A stretch of DNA of 64,000 bases from the NCBI RefSeq assembly GCF_032062105.1, contig NW_026925150.1, positions 655-64,654 of the forward strand, given 5' to 3'. This stretch comes from Saccostrea cucullata (Eukaryota). Each line of letters begins with the position of its first letter. The stretch's first letter is position 1. The notes under the pieces were generated by a model. The model ran no database searches. It saw only the letters and a program-made list of their open reading frames with translations, and had not been told where the DNA came from. A program made the position numbers and the translations under genes. Positions 13,180-25,572 of the stretch are shown here, piece after piece.

Positions 13180-13345
13180 TGACAACGAGCACACGGCAGG
13201 TGTGACCGGTCGGTAGGGGATGCTCACTCCTCCATGGCACCTGATCCCACCTCTGATGTTTCAGAGGTCTGTGTTTGCTCTGCTCTTATTTTGTATATTG
13301 TTTAATGTACGTTGAGATTGAATGCTGTTCGTTATCTCCATATCC
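13180..13345 (-). repeat. Interspersed repeat fragment; inverted copy of 21025..21200
   Basis: 'gcacacggcaggtgtgaccggtcggtaggggatgctcactcctccatggcacctgatcccacctctgatgtttcagaggtctgtgtttgctc' is the reverse complement of 21094-21190. 'gacggatatggagataacgaac' also matches 21030-21060. Confidence 0.6.
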
Positions 13346-13449
13346 GTCATCAATGTATTTGACATTCCAATTGAATATTTAAGGTTAATATATGTTTTGC
13401 ATGACATACAAGCAAAATATATCTATAATATTCAATAACTTAAGACGCG

Positions 13450-13625
13450 AAGACATTAAGTAGTGAGGGATCTTTATCGTGTCAATTCATGTCGTGACAT
13501 TAGCCCACAGTTTTAAAGATCTAGCCCAAAAGACCCGCAAAAGCCACCTTTTCGTCGCTTGGTGAAAAAGTCCCTACCCTTTTTTATCGGCTGAGGTCAG
13601 TCGCTTCTCTTTCATACAGATACAT
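13450..13625 (-). mobile_element. Partial copy of the tRNA-derived SINE family
   Basis: 'agtgagggatctttatcgtg...ccgcaaaagccaccttttcgtcgcttggtgaaaaagtccctaccc...ggctgaggtcagtcgc' parallels 22650-22830 of the full SINE copy. Confidence 0.45.
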
Positions 13626-13699
13626 ATGTACATCAGAAATGTTTGAGAGTTTTGTATCGCAAGCTCGAGGCATTTTGATCATATATAAAGAGAAGATTC

Positions 13700-13990
13700 A
13701 TTTATTAATTTATGTTGTTTAACGTCCCTATCTAAAATTTTTTACTCATTTGGAGACGCCACTGCTTCCCATTGGAGAGCTGCAAATTTGTCCTAAGCTC
13801 GGCTTTTAGGGTCATTGAGGAGTGAAGGATCTTTTTCGTTTCAGAATCCACTGCTACACGTGACCTCGGTTTACACGGTCTCACCCGAAGGACCGGTCTC
13901 CACGTCCCACAGTAGGATTCCGCGCCGCGACGTAAGGATGGACTCTTTACCTTTCAACTCTGAGTAAAAGAGAGGACAACTGGATTCTCT
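13700..13990 (-). mobile_element. tRNA-derived SINE with conserved central domain, near full length
   Basis: Begins 'gtttaacgtccctatc...ggagacgccactgcttcccattggagagctgcaaatttgtcc', which is the reverse complement of the 3' body seen in the plus-strand copies at 31118 and 59353. A central block 'ccgaaggaccggtctc' is shared. Confidence 0.6.
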
Positions 13991-14127
13991 AGATGCCTAC
14001 ATAAAAAGAACGAAATTAGATATGAAATGAACTTGTTTTATACAACTAGAATTTCTACTCTACAGAACATTTAAAAAAGCTGCGATATAGTCTTTGCATG
14101 TTTGGGAATACCTTTGTGATATTACCA

Positions 14128-14700
14128 GGGGCGGATACAGGATTTGTGGTTGCAATTGGGGGGGGGGGCGTGGTTAATTTTGAAGACGCGAGGGGTCAGA
14201 TGGGGGCCCAGGGGGCGAAGCCGCCGGAAGCTCCTGGGTTTTCGTGTATTTTATAGTAAAACGAGGCACAATAATAGTGCATATTTTTATATTACTTTTT
14301 TGTTATAAGTGGCATACAGGTCCAGATGTTTGAATAATAATTGTATTGAATGTTTCTCAATTCTTGATGTATTGTAACACATGTCAATATAATAAACGAT
14401 TTACTTACTTATTACTAATTAATAGTGGTATTGGTTAGTGATGTACCAAAGTACGACGTGTTTAATACTAGTCTTATTATACTTTGAATGGTGGTCTCTC
14501 TCAGGGGGCGCAGCCCCCGGAAGCTCCTGGATTTTTGTGTATTTTAAGAGTAAAACCTGGCAAAATAATAGTGGTTTGGTTACTTTTGTACCAAAATGTG
14601 GCGTTATAAATTTAGTCACATCATATTTTGAAAATCTTAGGGGGGCGTGCACCCCTCACGCCCCCCCCCCCCTTAAATCCATCAGTGATTACTTTAAATT
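14128..14700. repeat. GC-rich interspersed repeat family (about 1.5 copies), same family as 46590..46870
   Basis: 'ccaggggcggatacagg...gggcccagggggcgaagccgccggaagctcctgggttttcgtgtattttatagtaaaac' recurs at 14500-14560. The 3' end 'taggggggcgtgcacccctcacgccccccccccccttaaatcc' matches 46810-46860. Confidence 0.5.
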
Positions 14701-14750
14701 GACAGAAGAATACCTAATGGGTAAAGGCTGAGATTTAAAATTAAAAAAAA

Positions 14751-15640
14751 TTATTCAAGCAAGTCAAAAGTAGACTCAATTTTTTCTCCGGTTTCCCTCA
14801 CTGTGACAGACACATTGATTTCAGTCATACCGAAAATGAAATGCTCTTCTGCCTCCCATTCCCCCTTGATAAACTCAGGTACAGAAACTTTTAATCGTCC
14901 AACATATTGAAGCTTTCATCGATCACAGCAGCATCAATTTTCTCTGTGCAATAAATTCTCAGATCGTAACTTTTCTGATCATGCTTAACAAGGAATCCTA
15001 TTGCCGTTACCACTTTTCCATATGATGGTACTTTTGTATCTCTAGCAATTAATTGACCAAAAGCATCTTGACATCTTTCAATACCATTTTCGTCTACATA
15101 TTGTTTTTCTTCCGGATGAATTTCAGGATCAAATATGTCATCTGCAGCTGCACCATAGGAATACAGCAATATTCTAGCAGATATTGCTTGTGGATTGTGT
15201 CCAAATAAAACTGCTCCCTAAATAATAGCTACACTACTTTCATTGGGAATAACAATGTTTGATTGCGGAAACTCCCGAAGCTTTCTTGTAGCAAACTGCA
15301 TTCCAAATATCCTCCGACAATTAAAATATTTTTAGCATTTGGTATGGTTTCGACAATTTTCTTGACGTGTCGAATAGCCTGCTCAAGTGATACTTCTAAA
15401 AATCAAGCTTGATGAAACTTTTAGGTTGTCTCTTAATAGTTTTGACTTATCTTTCAAAAATAAAGGTCTCGATAGATTTCAATTTTTCATCTCTAGAGTT
15501 TTTTTCGTTTAATATAGCTGGCAATCTTGTAACGAAGGAAGTTTCTGAATCTGGAGGTATTGCACGCTTTTTGTTTTAAATCATAATCATACAAACTCTT
15601 TGTTAAAATCAATGACCAAAAGGGAAAAACTAAATATGTT
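14751..15640 (-). pseudogene. HSPA12-like (Hsp70 family member 12) pseudogene: terminal-exon copy with frameshifts and stops, truncated at its 5' side
   Basis: ORF 14891..15169(-) 'YSYGAAADDIFDPEIHPEEKQYVDENGIERCQDAFGQLIARDTKVPSYGKVVTAIGF...RIYCTEKIDAAVIDESF' is ~75% identical to gene B at 35018..35437. A 1-bp deletion before '...LKVSVPEFIKGEWEAEEHFIFGMTEINVSVTVRETGEKIESTFDLLE*'. Upstream, 'NIVIPNESSVAII*GAVLFGHNPQAISARI' has an in-frame TAG and a frameshift relative to 'ILIVGGY'. Further upstream, 'SETSFVTRLPAILNEKNSRDEK' is followed by multiple stops and a 16-bp insertion. Homology stops ~15640, just before the TIR element at 15668. Confidence 0.75.
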
Positions 15641-15667
15641 CTAATTTCGGATCGAAAATATACTCGA

Positions 15668-18600
15668 GTGTAAAGACGAATAATGACCCCCATCGAATAA
15701 TGACCGGGGTGTCATTTTTCAACGACAATAAATGACCCCCACCCGTAGAAAAAAAATCATTTTTTGTAGAAAAAGGGTCCTAGGGGGTCATTATTTTATA
15801 TGTTTGTCCTATAAAATAATGACCTCCATCGAGAAATGACCCCCTTTAAAGTGATACAAAATATACACCCTTTGATATCTTTTTTTACAGCGAAACTAAT
15901 TTTTACATTTTCTGTAACCAGAAAAATACAAAAAGTCGTATGAAATAATTAAGAGATTCACGTAGTCTTTCAATGCTAAAATTGTGTTTGAAAAGAGATT
16001 CTTTAATTGTCAAGTAAATAAAATTTCTTTTTAATATTCCTCCTTATAATGTTTGCTTAAAGAATGATATTCCACTTCTTTAAATTAAAAATCAAACCAT
16101 GCAAAAATCAGGTTTAAATATTCTTTAATAGGAAAAATTAAATTTTCCGTCATTTCAACTTTTAGTTTGTTTAATTTTAGCAAATCCTTTTCGACAATGA
16201 AAGAGGAAGAAATTTTTATCCCCCCCCCCCCAAAAAAAAAGAACATTACGTTAAATAAAAAAAATAATAATAAATGAAAAGCAGAAATATAAATAAAACT
16301 CTATACCTTTCATTAATTCTGAAAGAGGCTCTAGATAAAATATTGAAATGAAGTTAAGCCTTTACACAAGTACTATCGTATCATAATTTACTTCACAATG
16401 ATTAAAGCATACTTTAAATGTTGGTGGAGGTATACTTGAAAGTATTGTGGCAAAGTAACAGTTAAAAATTAGTAGAATCGTAGATTTTTTTAGCTTATTT
16501 TTAATTCCTTTCTTATAGAAAAATAAAGGTAGGGTGTTTTTTTTTTTTGCTTTTGTTCAATATCGACTTCCTCCTAAATAAGAAAGGGGGTGGGGTAAGT
16601 ATAAGACCTAAAAATATGCTCTGTAAACTATGTGCTGGTGTAAAATACACAGTCATTCTAAATGCAAAAACTATACATGTAGACATAAACTTTTGATTTA
16701 GCACACAGTATTCATTACATCTCTTTTAACGTAGAACCTACTTCGTATGACATCATAACTTGTAAATGTATTAAACCTGTGCTAACCCATTAAGACGTCA
16801 TAATTAATTCAATGCCACTTTTTCCCGTACTTGACAGCTATTATAAAAATAGTAGAAAATACTGCATTTTGAAATTCACAGAATTCAATCATGCCAACAT
16901 AATCTTGATTCAATTCATATATTTTTTGGTTTATAATGCTTAATGGCAATAAATTTCTGGAATAAGAGAAAATATGTAGGCACCTTTTATTTACTAGATC
17001 TAGACCTGAAGTTGACAAACCCAAGACTATCTAGTGTAATGAAATTACAATGTACATACAACTTTCGTAATTATTTGAATGGTATGTAACCATTTTGAAG
17101 GAATGCATAAATCGTGAGAAATCTTAAGTTGCCAGCTATATAGTGTAATATCTTGATGAAATGTGTCGAAGTCAAAGATGTACGTGTTGTAGATCGTATG
17201 ATCGTGTGTACATTTTTGTGATATCTATAATGAAATGATGTGCATTTCTTTTAACAATTATTTGTTACCTATTCATATTTTTGATGTTTGATTACAATTT
17301 TTCTATTAAATATGATCTTTTTAAAGAAAAAGTACAATTTCTGATAAATATTTAATCTGAAAGTAACCCCAAACAGTCATTTAATTATTAAATCCCGTGT
17401 AAGTGCAAAAAGGTCAAGAATATGAGTATCAGTAAAAAGCCTATCTTTCATTAGTTAGAGGGGAAAGGTATATATTTTAATCATTATTTGTATTCATTTT
17501 GCTATGTTCTTCATCACATTGAAGATTGAAAACATTGTGACAAAGACGTCTAAAAAATATTTACAAATATAGGGTAAATAATTGACTAAAAATAATAGAG
17601 TTCATTTGACTATTTTTTTGATGGTGGACTTATCTTTTATGTTAATTGAATAAAAAAGAAATTATTCTTGATAAAATATTGTTTAATATTATTCAGTTAA
17701 AAAACTTTGTAAACGACGATGTTTGAAGAAGTATTTTTGTGATTTTTCATATTCCCTTTATGACAAGTACCCCTAAAAATATTTGAAAATGTGAAGTCGC
17801 AGTATGTAAATACCCTACCAAGTTTCACAGCCTGTTCTAGATTAAAAAAACAAGGAAACATATCATGATATCTTAACTGATTGATAAGCAAGTACTTATT
17901 TATCATTTTGAAAAGTTTGAAAATCTTGTGACAAAGACTTTTCGGTCATAGGTTCTACCTTAATTCTTGTTTTACTCCACCCTTTTACTCAGTTCTGAGT
18001 ATATTTTTCAGAGAATTTAATATGAAAATCAGAACAAACATTTTCATTGTTTTAACGTCTTCTTTATAATGTATATTAATATGAAAAGTTAATTGAAGAC
18101 TATTTCTTTTTATTTCCCCGTAGTCGAAGATTCGGGGGTAAATAGTTTTATCGTGTTCGTCTGTATGACCGTCTGTCTATCTGGCGGTTTGTTTGTCCGC
18201 GAAAACCTTAACCTTTACCATAACTTTTCAATTATTGGAGCTATGCCTTTCATTTTTAATATGTATATTCCTTGTGACAAGACCTTACTTTGGGTACCAC
18301 CAAATTTGACCTTTTGACCTTTACCTCGGAGTTTATCCCATTTTACACAAAAATGCCAAAGTTTTACTTTGGCCATAACTTTTAAACGGTAGATACTAGT
18401 ACTCTTATACTTCAAATATGTAGTTTTTTGGCATTACCTTTAGTGGAATACTAAAAACCTTGACCTTTTGACCTTGACCTTGGAGTTTTCCGTACTTATG
18501 ATTTTTTTTTACCTTGGCCATAACTTTTGAACGGTAATGGCTAGGGTATTCATACTTCACATATGTAATCCTTGTTACATTAAACATTTTCTAAAGAAAT

Positions 18601-19376
18601 CGTCAACTTTGAGTTTGACCTACCTTTCAAAAACTTATCCTTAGCCATTACTTTTGAACAAGTGATGCTAGGGCTTTCCTATTTTGCAGTTGTATTTCAT
18701 GTGAGAAGACCCTACTTTGGGTAACAATATATTTAAATTGCATTTAAGAAAAGTTTAATCTTCGCTATGTTGCCATACAGGGGCATAGCTGTTTCACAAA
18801 CACATTTTTTTATATATGAGGATTTGCGGATAAGAGATGGATACCTCAAAGCGTAACAGAAGGACGGACGGACATCCCAATCACTATATACCCTCCCGCT
18901 TTTCAAGCGGAGGATATAATAATATATAATACTGCTGATTTTTTCTGTCAGTTCGATGATTTCCACCATCAAAAAACAATGTTTACCTAACCCTTAAGGC
19001 TTGATAAATCTTTTACTCCTTTAGATTCTGAATCATTGCATTTACCTTAAAATATAGCTATAATAGTATAATGTAATGAGATCAACATATCATCAGTTTA
19101 TTCCCAATAAGCTCAGGTGAGCATTTTGGCCAATATGCTTCTTTATCCAATTCTTTTTTTGCCCCCTAAAAATTTTAGCTTTAATCTATCGGGGGTCATT
19201 TTTCTACGGGGGTAATTTTTTTTCACGTGGGTTCTGCAAATTTTTAGGGAAGTGACACTTTTTCTACGGGCAAAAGGGTCATTTTTCTACGTCGAATGAT
19301 GACCGGGGGTCATTTTTCGCTGTCGAAAAATGACCCCCGGTCATTATTCGATGGGGGTCATTATTCGTCTTTACAC
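15668..19376. mobile_element. Large (~3.7 kb) non-autonomous element bounded by ~200-bp terminal inverted repeats
   Basis: Left arm 15668-15850 'gtgtaaagacgaataatgacccccatcgaataatgaccggggtgtcatttttcaacgac...' is the reverse complement of the right arm 19185-19376 '...gtcgaaaaatgacccccggtcattattcgatgggggtcattattcgtctttacac'. The interior carries satellites and no transposase ORF. Confidence 0.55.
18280..18720. repeat. ~125-bp 'gaccttgaccttggagtt...ttggccataacttttgaacgg' satellite
   Basis: About 3.5 tandem units. The same family recurs at 51300-51800, 52290-52690, 55700-56130 and 56600-56890. Confidence 0.6.
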
Positions 19377-19849
19377 CGGCCTTAAGTTCTTTCATTACTT
19401 TCATTCAACCAGCAGTTGTGGAGCCTACCCCACAGGAACCACTGACCCTGGACCACATATTTTAAAATTTTGGAAATTTTATTTTAATTTTTATTTCATC
19501 ATATAAATAATTGATTAACAGCAAAGAGCAGTTTCAAAGCATTTATTTCATTTCAGACCATGTAGCTTAACTCCCACTCACCCAACCCCAGTTCCCCTGA
19601 ACTAGGACCTTGAACTTGGAAGAGGCACCTTTCTTCATCAAAAATTAAATATGTTCTCAGCATAATCATGATAATACCCAGGAAAAAAGAAAAGATTTTT
19701 AAAGAATTTACACTATATAATCTTTTGAGCCCCGCCCCAACACCAGAACCCCAGACCCACGGTCGCTGAAATTCACGACTCTGGAGAATGCTAATATTCT
19801 TGCTTCGTCAACTTGTTTGTTAATTACTTACCTCGTTTTAGATAATTTT

Positions 19850-19990
19850 CGTATGAAGAACATGCCATTGCTTATCGTATCTACTGAGGGATATAAACTC
19901 CGTATGCAGGTGATAAAGGTATTATATTTGCTGCATAAGTAAGGAAAGTTTACGATTGAAAAGTTAAATTAAAGTCATTACATTTATCAT
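19850..19990. repeat. Dispersed repeat; direct copy of 21180..21310
   Basis: '...gatataaactccgtatgcaggtgataaaggtattatatttgctgcataagtaaggaaagtttacgattgaaaagttaaattaaagtcat' vs 21195-21290 'agagatatcaactcggtatgcatgtgatgaagatatattgctgcatagttcggggaagatgacgattgaaaacttaaagtcat'. The two copies bracket exon 1 of gene A. Confidence 0.5.
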
Positions 19991-20571
19991 AGAGCTTGGT
20001 TGTTTGAAACGTCTTTTAAAGAAAAATATCCAGACATGAATCAGATGTATCAAACTCTCTGGTATCTTTTATCTCAAATTCACCGGCCATATCTAATCGA
20101 CATAAGAATGAAAATAATAATTGTAAATTGACAATACGTCGTCGATATATCTAAATGTCGAGTTGAAAGCAATAGCAAGATGTCTCTTCTTTTTTTATAT
20201 AACATAGGCAAGGTTTAAGAAGAGAAATCATTGCATATTTGTTCTTAGGTCTCTCAGTTGAGAGTTGTTGAATATATCTGCAGTCAAATGAGTTGATAGG
20301 ACAATATCAGCTACGTGCTTTACATCTTGAATGTTTTTATGCATTATGAATTTAAATACCCTGAGAGCTACGGTCTATTTTCCTCTGATTAGGAGTAACA
20401 TGTATTGAAGTTTCCTTTTCAAAACTTCAGTGACATATTTTATTCATTTCCTTCGCAAAGTACATTAAACAGAAATTATGTACATGATTTATTTCAGTTG
20501 TGGAATTGTTAGCGTTTAATCAATTTTTTATGAGTGGATAGACAAGAATTATTCCATGCGCTTTTATACTT

Positions 20572-20579
20572 CTTGAGCT
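20572..20579 (+). promoter_or_regulatory. TATA-like box candidate upstream of HSPA12-like gene A
   Basis: 'ttttatac' sits ~36 bp upstream of the ATG at 20615. I found no canonical heat-shock element (nGAAnnTTCn triplets) in the 300 bp upstream. Confidence 0.15.
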
Positions 20580-20614
20580 GTTTATTTTTTCATGAATGTT
20601 TTTAAATTACTGCA

Positions 20615-20917
20615 ATGGCGACGAAAACCGGTGGCAACACTTGGGTTGTTGTAGCTTTTGATTTTGGGACAACTTACAGTGGATATGTATTTTCATTTAG
20701 TGGCGATCCATTAACATTTTATTCCCCAGGAGCATGGTATTCTGGACAAGGCGGGGTGTCTTCAATGAAGACTCCTACATGTTTATTGCTAAATCCAGAC
20801 CAGACTTTCAATTCTTTTGGATTTAAAGCGGAAGAATTGTACGCTTCACTGGCATCAGAAGATGAACATCATGAATATTATTTTTTCCGGAGATTTAAGA
20901 TGAATCTCCATTTCAAG
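20615..20917 (+). CDS. HSPA12-like (Hsp70 family member 12) gene A, exon 1 (N-terminal nucleotide-binding segment)
   Basis: 'MATKTGGNTWVVVAFDFGTTYSGYVFSF...FKAEELYASLASEDEHHEYYFFRRFKMNLHFK' matches the HSPA12 N-terminus (VVAIDFGTTYSGYAF...YFFxxFKM). The exon ends in phase 0 at a GT donor, 'aag|gtgatt', at 20918. Confidence 0.7.
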
Positions 20918-21024
20918 GTGATTTTAAAAAAACGTTTTCAAAAGTATCAATGTTCTCTTTCTTGCTGCAAATATTTTTTTATCTTATGAAATCTATTTAG
21001 AAAATGTTCATACGTAGAAGAAGG

Positions 21025-21200
21025 ATATGGAGATAACGAACAATATTAGATATCAAAGTCAATAAAACAATACATAACAGAATAAGAGCAAACACGGACC
21101 CTCGAAACATCAGAGATGGGATCAGGTGCCATGGAGGAGTGAGCATCTCCTGCTGACCGGTCGCACCCTCTGTGTGCTCCTTATGTTCCGATTCAACAGA
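21025..21200 (+). repeat. Interspersed repeat fragment in gene A intron 1; inverted copy of 13180..13345
   Basis: See the 13180..13345 entry. Confidence 0.6.
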
Positions 21201-22540
21201 GAGATATCAACTCGGTATGCATGTGATGAAGATATATTGCTGCATAGTTCGGGGAAGATGACGATTGAAAACTTAAAGTCATGACGTTTATTATAAAGCT
21301 TGATTGGTAAATGACCATTAACATCTTTCTCATAAATGTATTCAATAAACGATTTCAGTGCTTAATTCAATTGTGTAGCAAATTCTTTCCTGGAGAGAAC
21401 AAGATACATGTATTGACAATGTTCAAATTAACAAATCCATTCATCAAGTTTATATTAAACCTGATCAAAAATATAACGATAAAATTAACACCTAAAACCC
21501 GTATATTTGATAGCACACTGATTTCCTTTAACCGCATGATGCTTTTGTAAAGAAACATTATGCATTCAAATAAGGAAATTTTAAATGACAAAAAGTAAAT
21601 CTAATTAAAATCAGATCCTCAATCACCTTCGTTTTGTATTGTGATAAACGAGTAGCAAAGCAACGGAGAATAAGGAGCATGTCGATAATCGGATTATACC
21701 CAGAAAGACAAAAATTTAATCCATCAACAAGTGTAATAGCAGATATTAATGAATTAATTTTTTGTCATAGCAGATAGGTATTTAAAGGAGTTTTAAGGAT
21801 GTCCGATCCTCAGCCAGGAATTATTACTCCGAAAATAAATATTTAATTTGAAATGCATCAAAATGAAGCTTGAAAATTAATTTTTTTTCATGCAAAAATT
21901 TTCATTTTATTCATCTTTATAAAACTAAAAGTTTTTGGAATTCTTAGAAAAGTTTACATTTGTACCCTATAAAAGGAAAAAAAATTATTACAGTTTTAAG
22001 AAACAAGATTTTCTTGAATCCAGCGTTAGATACCAAAGCTTATAAGCATATATTTATATGAAATAAAAGTGATTTGTAGTGTCTTGCAATGATAGCAAAA
22101 TACTTTTACACTATGCATTATATAATACATGACGGAAAGAGGGGACAAAAAATACCAAATATGTATAAAAATCATGACAATTTCTCTGAATGCCTGGATA
22201 CCTGTAGTTTTTTTAACCTAAAATATATTTGTTGATCAATTTGCGATTAGAAAATGCATTTCAGATATTCCAATTCGCTTTTTCGGCAAAAATATTGGAG
22301 ATTTCACAATTTTACCTATATAATATGATTAACTTTAATCTTTAACTTTAAAGAAATATTGTAAATAAATTTACAAAACTTTGTGGATTCAGGGATACTT
22401 TTATGAGCATTTTTGGTTACTTAACTGCTAATTCTATAAACCTGAGGATCGGGCTACCTTAAACAACTTGGATACTTAACACTTTATATCTAACAATTTA
22501 TAATGTACATTATCAATTACGGTAATTTTGTGCTGCCAAA

Positions 22541-22573
22541 TGATTGATTGATTGTATATTGTTTAACGTCCCT

Positions 22574-22607
<34 letters not shown>

Positions 22608-22889
22608 GTATGCCATTGAAGGGCTTCAAATTTTGACTTTAAATCGGCATCCGAGTTAAAGCTTAGTGAGGGATCTTTATCTTGCCAACGTCTGTCGCTG
22701 ACAGGGGGCCTCGGTTTTTAAGGTCTCATCCGAAGGACCCGCAACTTTCACTTCAAAGTGCCGAGCGCATAACGAAAGAAAGGTTGCTACTTATTTTAAC
22801 GACTAGGTCAGTCGCGGCCGAGATACAAACTCACGACCTAGATCCGGTCACTGAGCGAGCGCTCTACCGACTGAGCTACCGTGGCTGCC
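22541..22889 (-). mobile_element. tRNA-derived SINE, full length, in intron 1 of gene A
   Basis: The reverse complement of 22800-22889 gives a tRNA-like head 'GGCAGCCACGGTAGCTCAGTCGGTAGAGCGC...GGTCGTGAGTTTGTATCTCGGCC' with A-box and B-box-like segments. The body and tail '...ggagacg..accg..tgccattgaaggg...gagagggacgttaaacaatatacaatcaatcaatca' are shared with the other copies. Confidence 0.65.
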
Positions 22890-23249
22890 AAATGAAAATA
22901 TTTTTGCCATGTAGTACGTGATACATTTACTAGGGTTGTGTTCCCCTAATATAATTTTCATACTCAATTAATCCATCCATATGTAAAATGTAGAATTTAC
23001 CTAGGTTTTAAACCGTTTACTTAAATTGCCTGCATTTTTATGACCTCATTCAAATTAAAAAAAAATGTTTGTAATATATAGTATGAAATGAATTAAATAT
23101 TTAAGGTAATCCAAAAAAAGAAATGTTTATTTTAAATCGGTCTAACAACTTCACTGTTGACTGGCCTGCCGGAAATCGTATCAAATATGAACACCATATC
23201 ATATGTCATTCAAACTTTATCACCAAAATTGAATTTTTTACAAATTAGG

Positions 23250-24185
23250 TAAATGTTGAAGGTCAAGATGAAGGTTTTAGGAATTATCACAGGCTCAGAA
23301 ATATTTCGTCACAGGAAATGCACTTGATAGCCCTATCTCTTAAAATATAGAATTATAAAGGAAAAATTGACATTCTTGAAATAAAGGTCGAAGTTCAAGG
23401 TCAATGTCACGAGATTTAAAAGAAATTATAGTGTAATTAGAAAACTCTTGTAACAGACAATAAACAGTTTAATATGAAAGCCATATTTCTTCTCAATCAA
23501 AAGATATGACTAGGGCTAAATTTTTGAAAAGAAGGTCAAACGTCAAGGTTACAAGGTCAAAAATATTAGTGTATATAGAAAGGTCTTGTCACAGGAAATA
23601 CATAGGATTAAAATGAAATCCCTATTAATCCTCATTCACATTTTATTCCAAATTCAAAGTAGTGCTTAAATTTGTTTAAATTTTGTCAAACTTCATGGGA
23701 AAAGTCACGGGATCGAAAATCAGAGTGTACTCAGAAAGGTCTTGTTACAGTCAACATATTTGATCAATATGAAAGTCCTTTTTCTTTTCGTAACCAAGCT
23801 TTTTAAGTAGATCAAACGTCAAGGTAAACGTCACAAATCCAAAATCATTGTGTATTTGGAAAGACATTGTCATAGACAATACATAGGTCTAATATGAAAG
23901 CCAAATCTCTTCTCATTCAAAAGTCATGACAATTGGTATACTTTTTTTAATGTATGTCAAACTCAAGGTAAGGATCTGGAAGTTAAAAATCATTGTGTGC
24001 ATAGAAAAGTCTTGTCATAGCACACATCTTTTAAATAAGAGCGATGTCTCTTCTCATTCAAAAGACATAATCAAGGATAAAGCTTTTGAAAAGTAGGAAA
24101 AACTTCAAGGTCAATTTTAGTACGTTAAAACTATAGTGCATTTAGAAAGTTCTTGTCATAGGTAACAGAGATTTTATGTCATTTC
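23250..24185. repeat. ~125-bp tandem satellite (about 7 units) in gene A intron 1
   Basis: Repeating 'aaggtcaa.gtcaaggtcaa.gtcac.agat.taaaa...agtgtaattagaaaactcttgt.acag.caataaacag..aatatgaaagcc.tatttcttctcaatcaaaagatatgac...'. It shares the 'aaggtcacaaggtca / tatgaaag' motifs with the 9725 array. Confidence 0.65.
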
Positions 24186-24629
24186 GCTTTCGCAAATGCG
24201 AGGACAAAACAAAATCAAAAGAAATGTGCTAATGTGTACTCCTGCCGAGATAAATTCTCCATGTTAAACAAAGATATACAATAAAGTTTATTTATAAACC
24301 AAGCTTGAAATGTTGATGAAAATAAAGAGTGTTCAAAGTGTTGTGTGAGAAAGTAATGTTTATAAATGTGCTATCACATTCCGTGCACATGTTTAATTGT
24401 GCCAAAATGTTAGTATTAAAATGTATTGAAATAATAAAAATATTTATTTCAAGAAACATACCTTTTTAGTGTCTGGATATTTAGTTATTATTCAATGAAA
24501 TAAACTGCATGTGTTTTAGACAATAGTTTTTGTTTGAAAAGTAAATGTTTTTAATGCAATAGTAAAACGCAAAATTTAACAACAAAGCAAAATGTAATAA
24601 GGTGGGATTATTATATTTTGCGTTATTTA

Positions 24630-24745
24630 AAGAATGACTCTAATTCTATATTCGATATAACATGGTTTGGGTCAGTTTACGCAAAAGCGTACATAAACTG
24701 ACCCAAACCAGGTTATACTCGAATAATTTACCTAAGAATTAGAGT
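24630..24745. mobile_element. ~115-bp hairpin MITE
   Basis: 'gactctaattctatattcgatataacatggtttgggtcagtttacg' vs its reverse complement 'cgtacataaactgacccaaaccaggttatactcgaataatttacctaagaattagagtc'. Confidence 0.5.
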
Positions 24746-24825
24746 CATTAATTTTAAAATAATTATACAACTGTGGATGAAAAATTGTGCTGCTTTTCAT
24801 GAGTTTTAATTTGCTGCTTAATACT

Positions 24826-25040
24826 GTGGTTTCATCAATTTTCTTTGGCATCAATTTTCGTGGATTTTGTAAAACAGACGTTTTCGAGGATACGTAATTT
24901 CGTGGTCAAAAGCATTGCCAGTACAAATGAATGTCATATTTCGTATTTCAATGAACATTTAAATTCGTGGATCTGCTCAACAATGAAATCCACGAAAATT
25001 GGTGCTCAACGAATATTGATGAAACCACAGTAATACAACC
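24826..25040 (+). mobile_element. ~215-bp MITE (termini CTGTGGTTTCATCAAT), copy 1
   Basis: Starts 'ctgtggtttcatcaattttc' and ends 'attgatgaaaccacagtaat'. Copy 2 at 25573..25795 is its inverted copy. Confidence 0.55.
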
Positions 25041-25572
25041 GTAGTAACGGAAGTGATGGGAAACAAGGAGATGTAAAAAGTTATACACAGACCTGGCAGC
25101 CATGATGTTTGTTTTCATGCAGTAAGATTGAGCTACTGTTTGAAGTTAAAGGTACATTAAATCATTAAATCTGGAATTTTCCATGGATTGCGACTAGAAA
25201 TGAGGGAATTGCGTTGATAAGATGATTCAGTTGTCCGTCAAGGGGGTGTGTACCCATACCAAACCAGATTATACAGAATAATTTTCGTTCCTTTTTGGAT
25301 AATAACAAATGAGAGGCGAGGATACAGAAAGAATTAAGTAACACAAAATGCAATAATCCCAGCTTATTACATTTTACGTTGTTATTAAATTTCACGTTGC
25401 AACAATGCAAACATTCAATCAGGACAACAAAGGCAAATGTAATACAGGTAAACGCTACCTAAGAGGGTCTCATAATTGGGTCTGGACACAGTTTCAGCCA
25501 AAAAATTTCATTCCATTTCTTTATGTTTACATATACTTATCTAACTTAAGGTATTTCTAATGATAAGGTTTG

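Noticed and set aside
20400-20615. Heat-shock elements upstream of gene A
   Set aside because: Only imperfect GAAnnnTTC-like pieces (e.g. 'agaattattcc') are present. There is no array of three or more correctly spaced nGAAn units. This is consistent with HSPA12-type genes not being classical HSF targets, and I make no HSE call.
20918-20989. Continuation of ORF 20615..20989 past position 20917 ('VILKKRFQKYQCSLSCCKYFFIL')
   Set aside because: Homology to HSPA12 stops at '...NLHFK', and a consensus GT donor sits at 20918. The tail is intron read-through.
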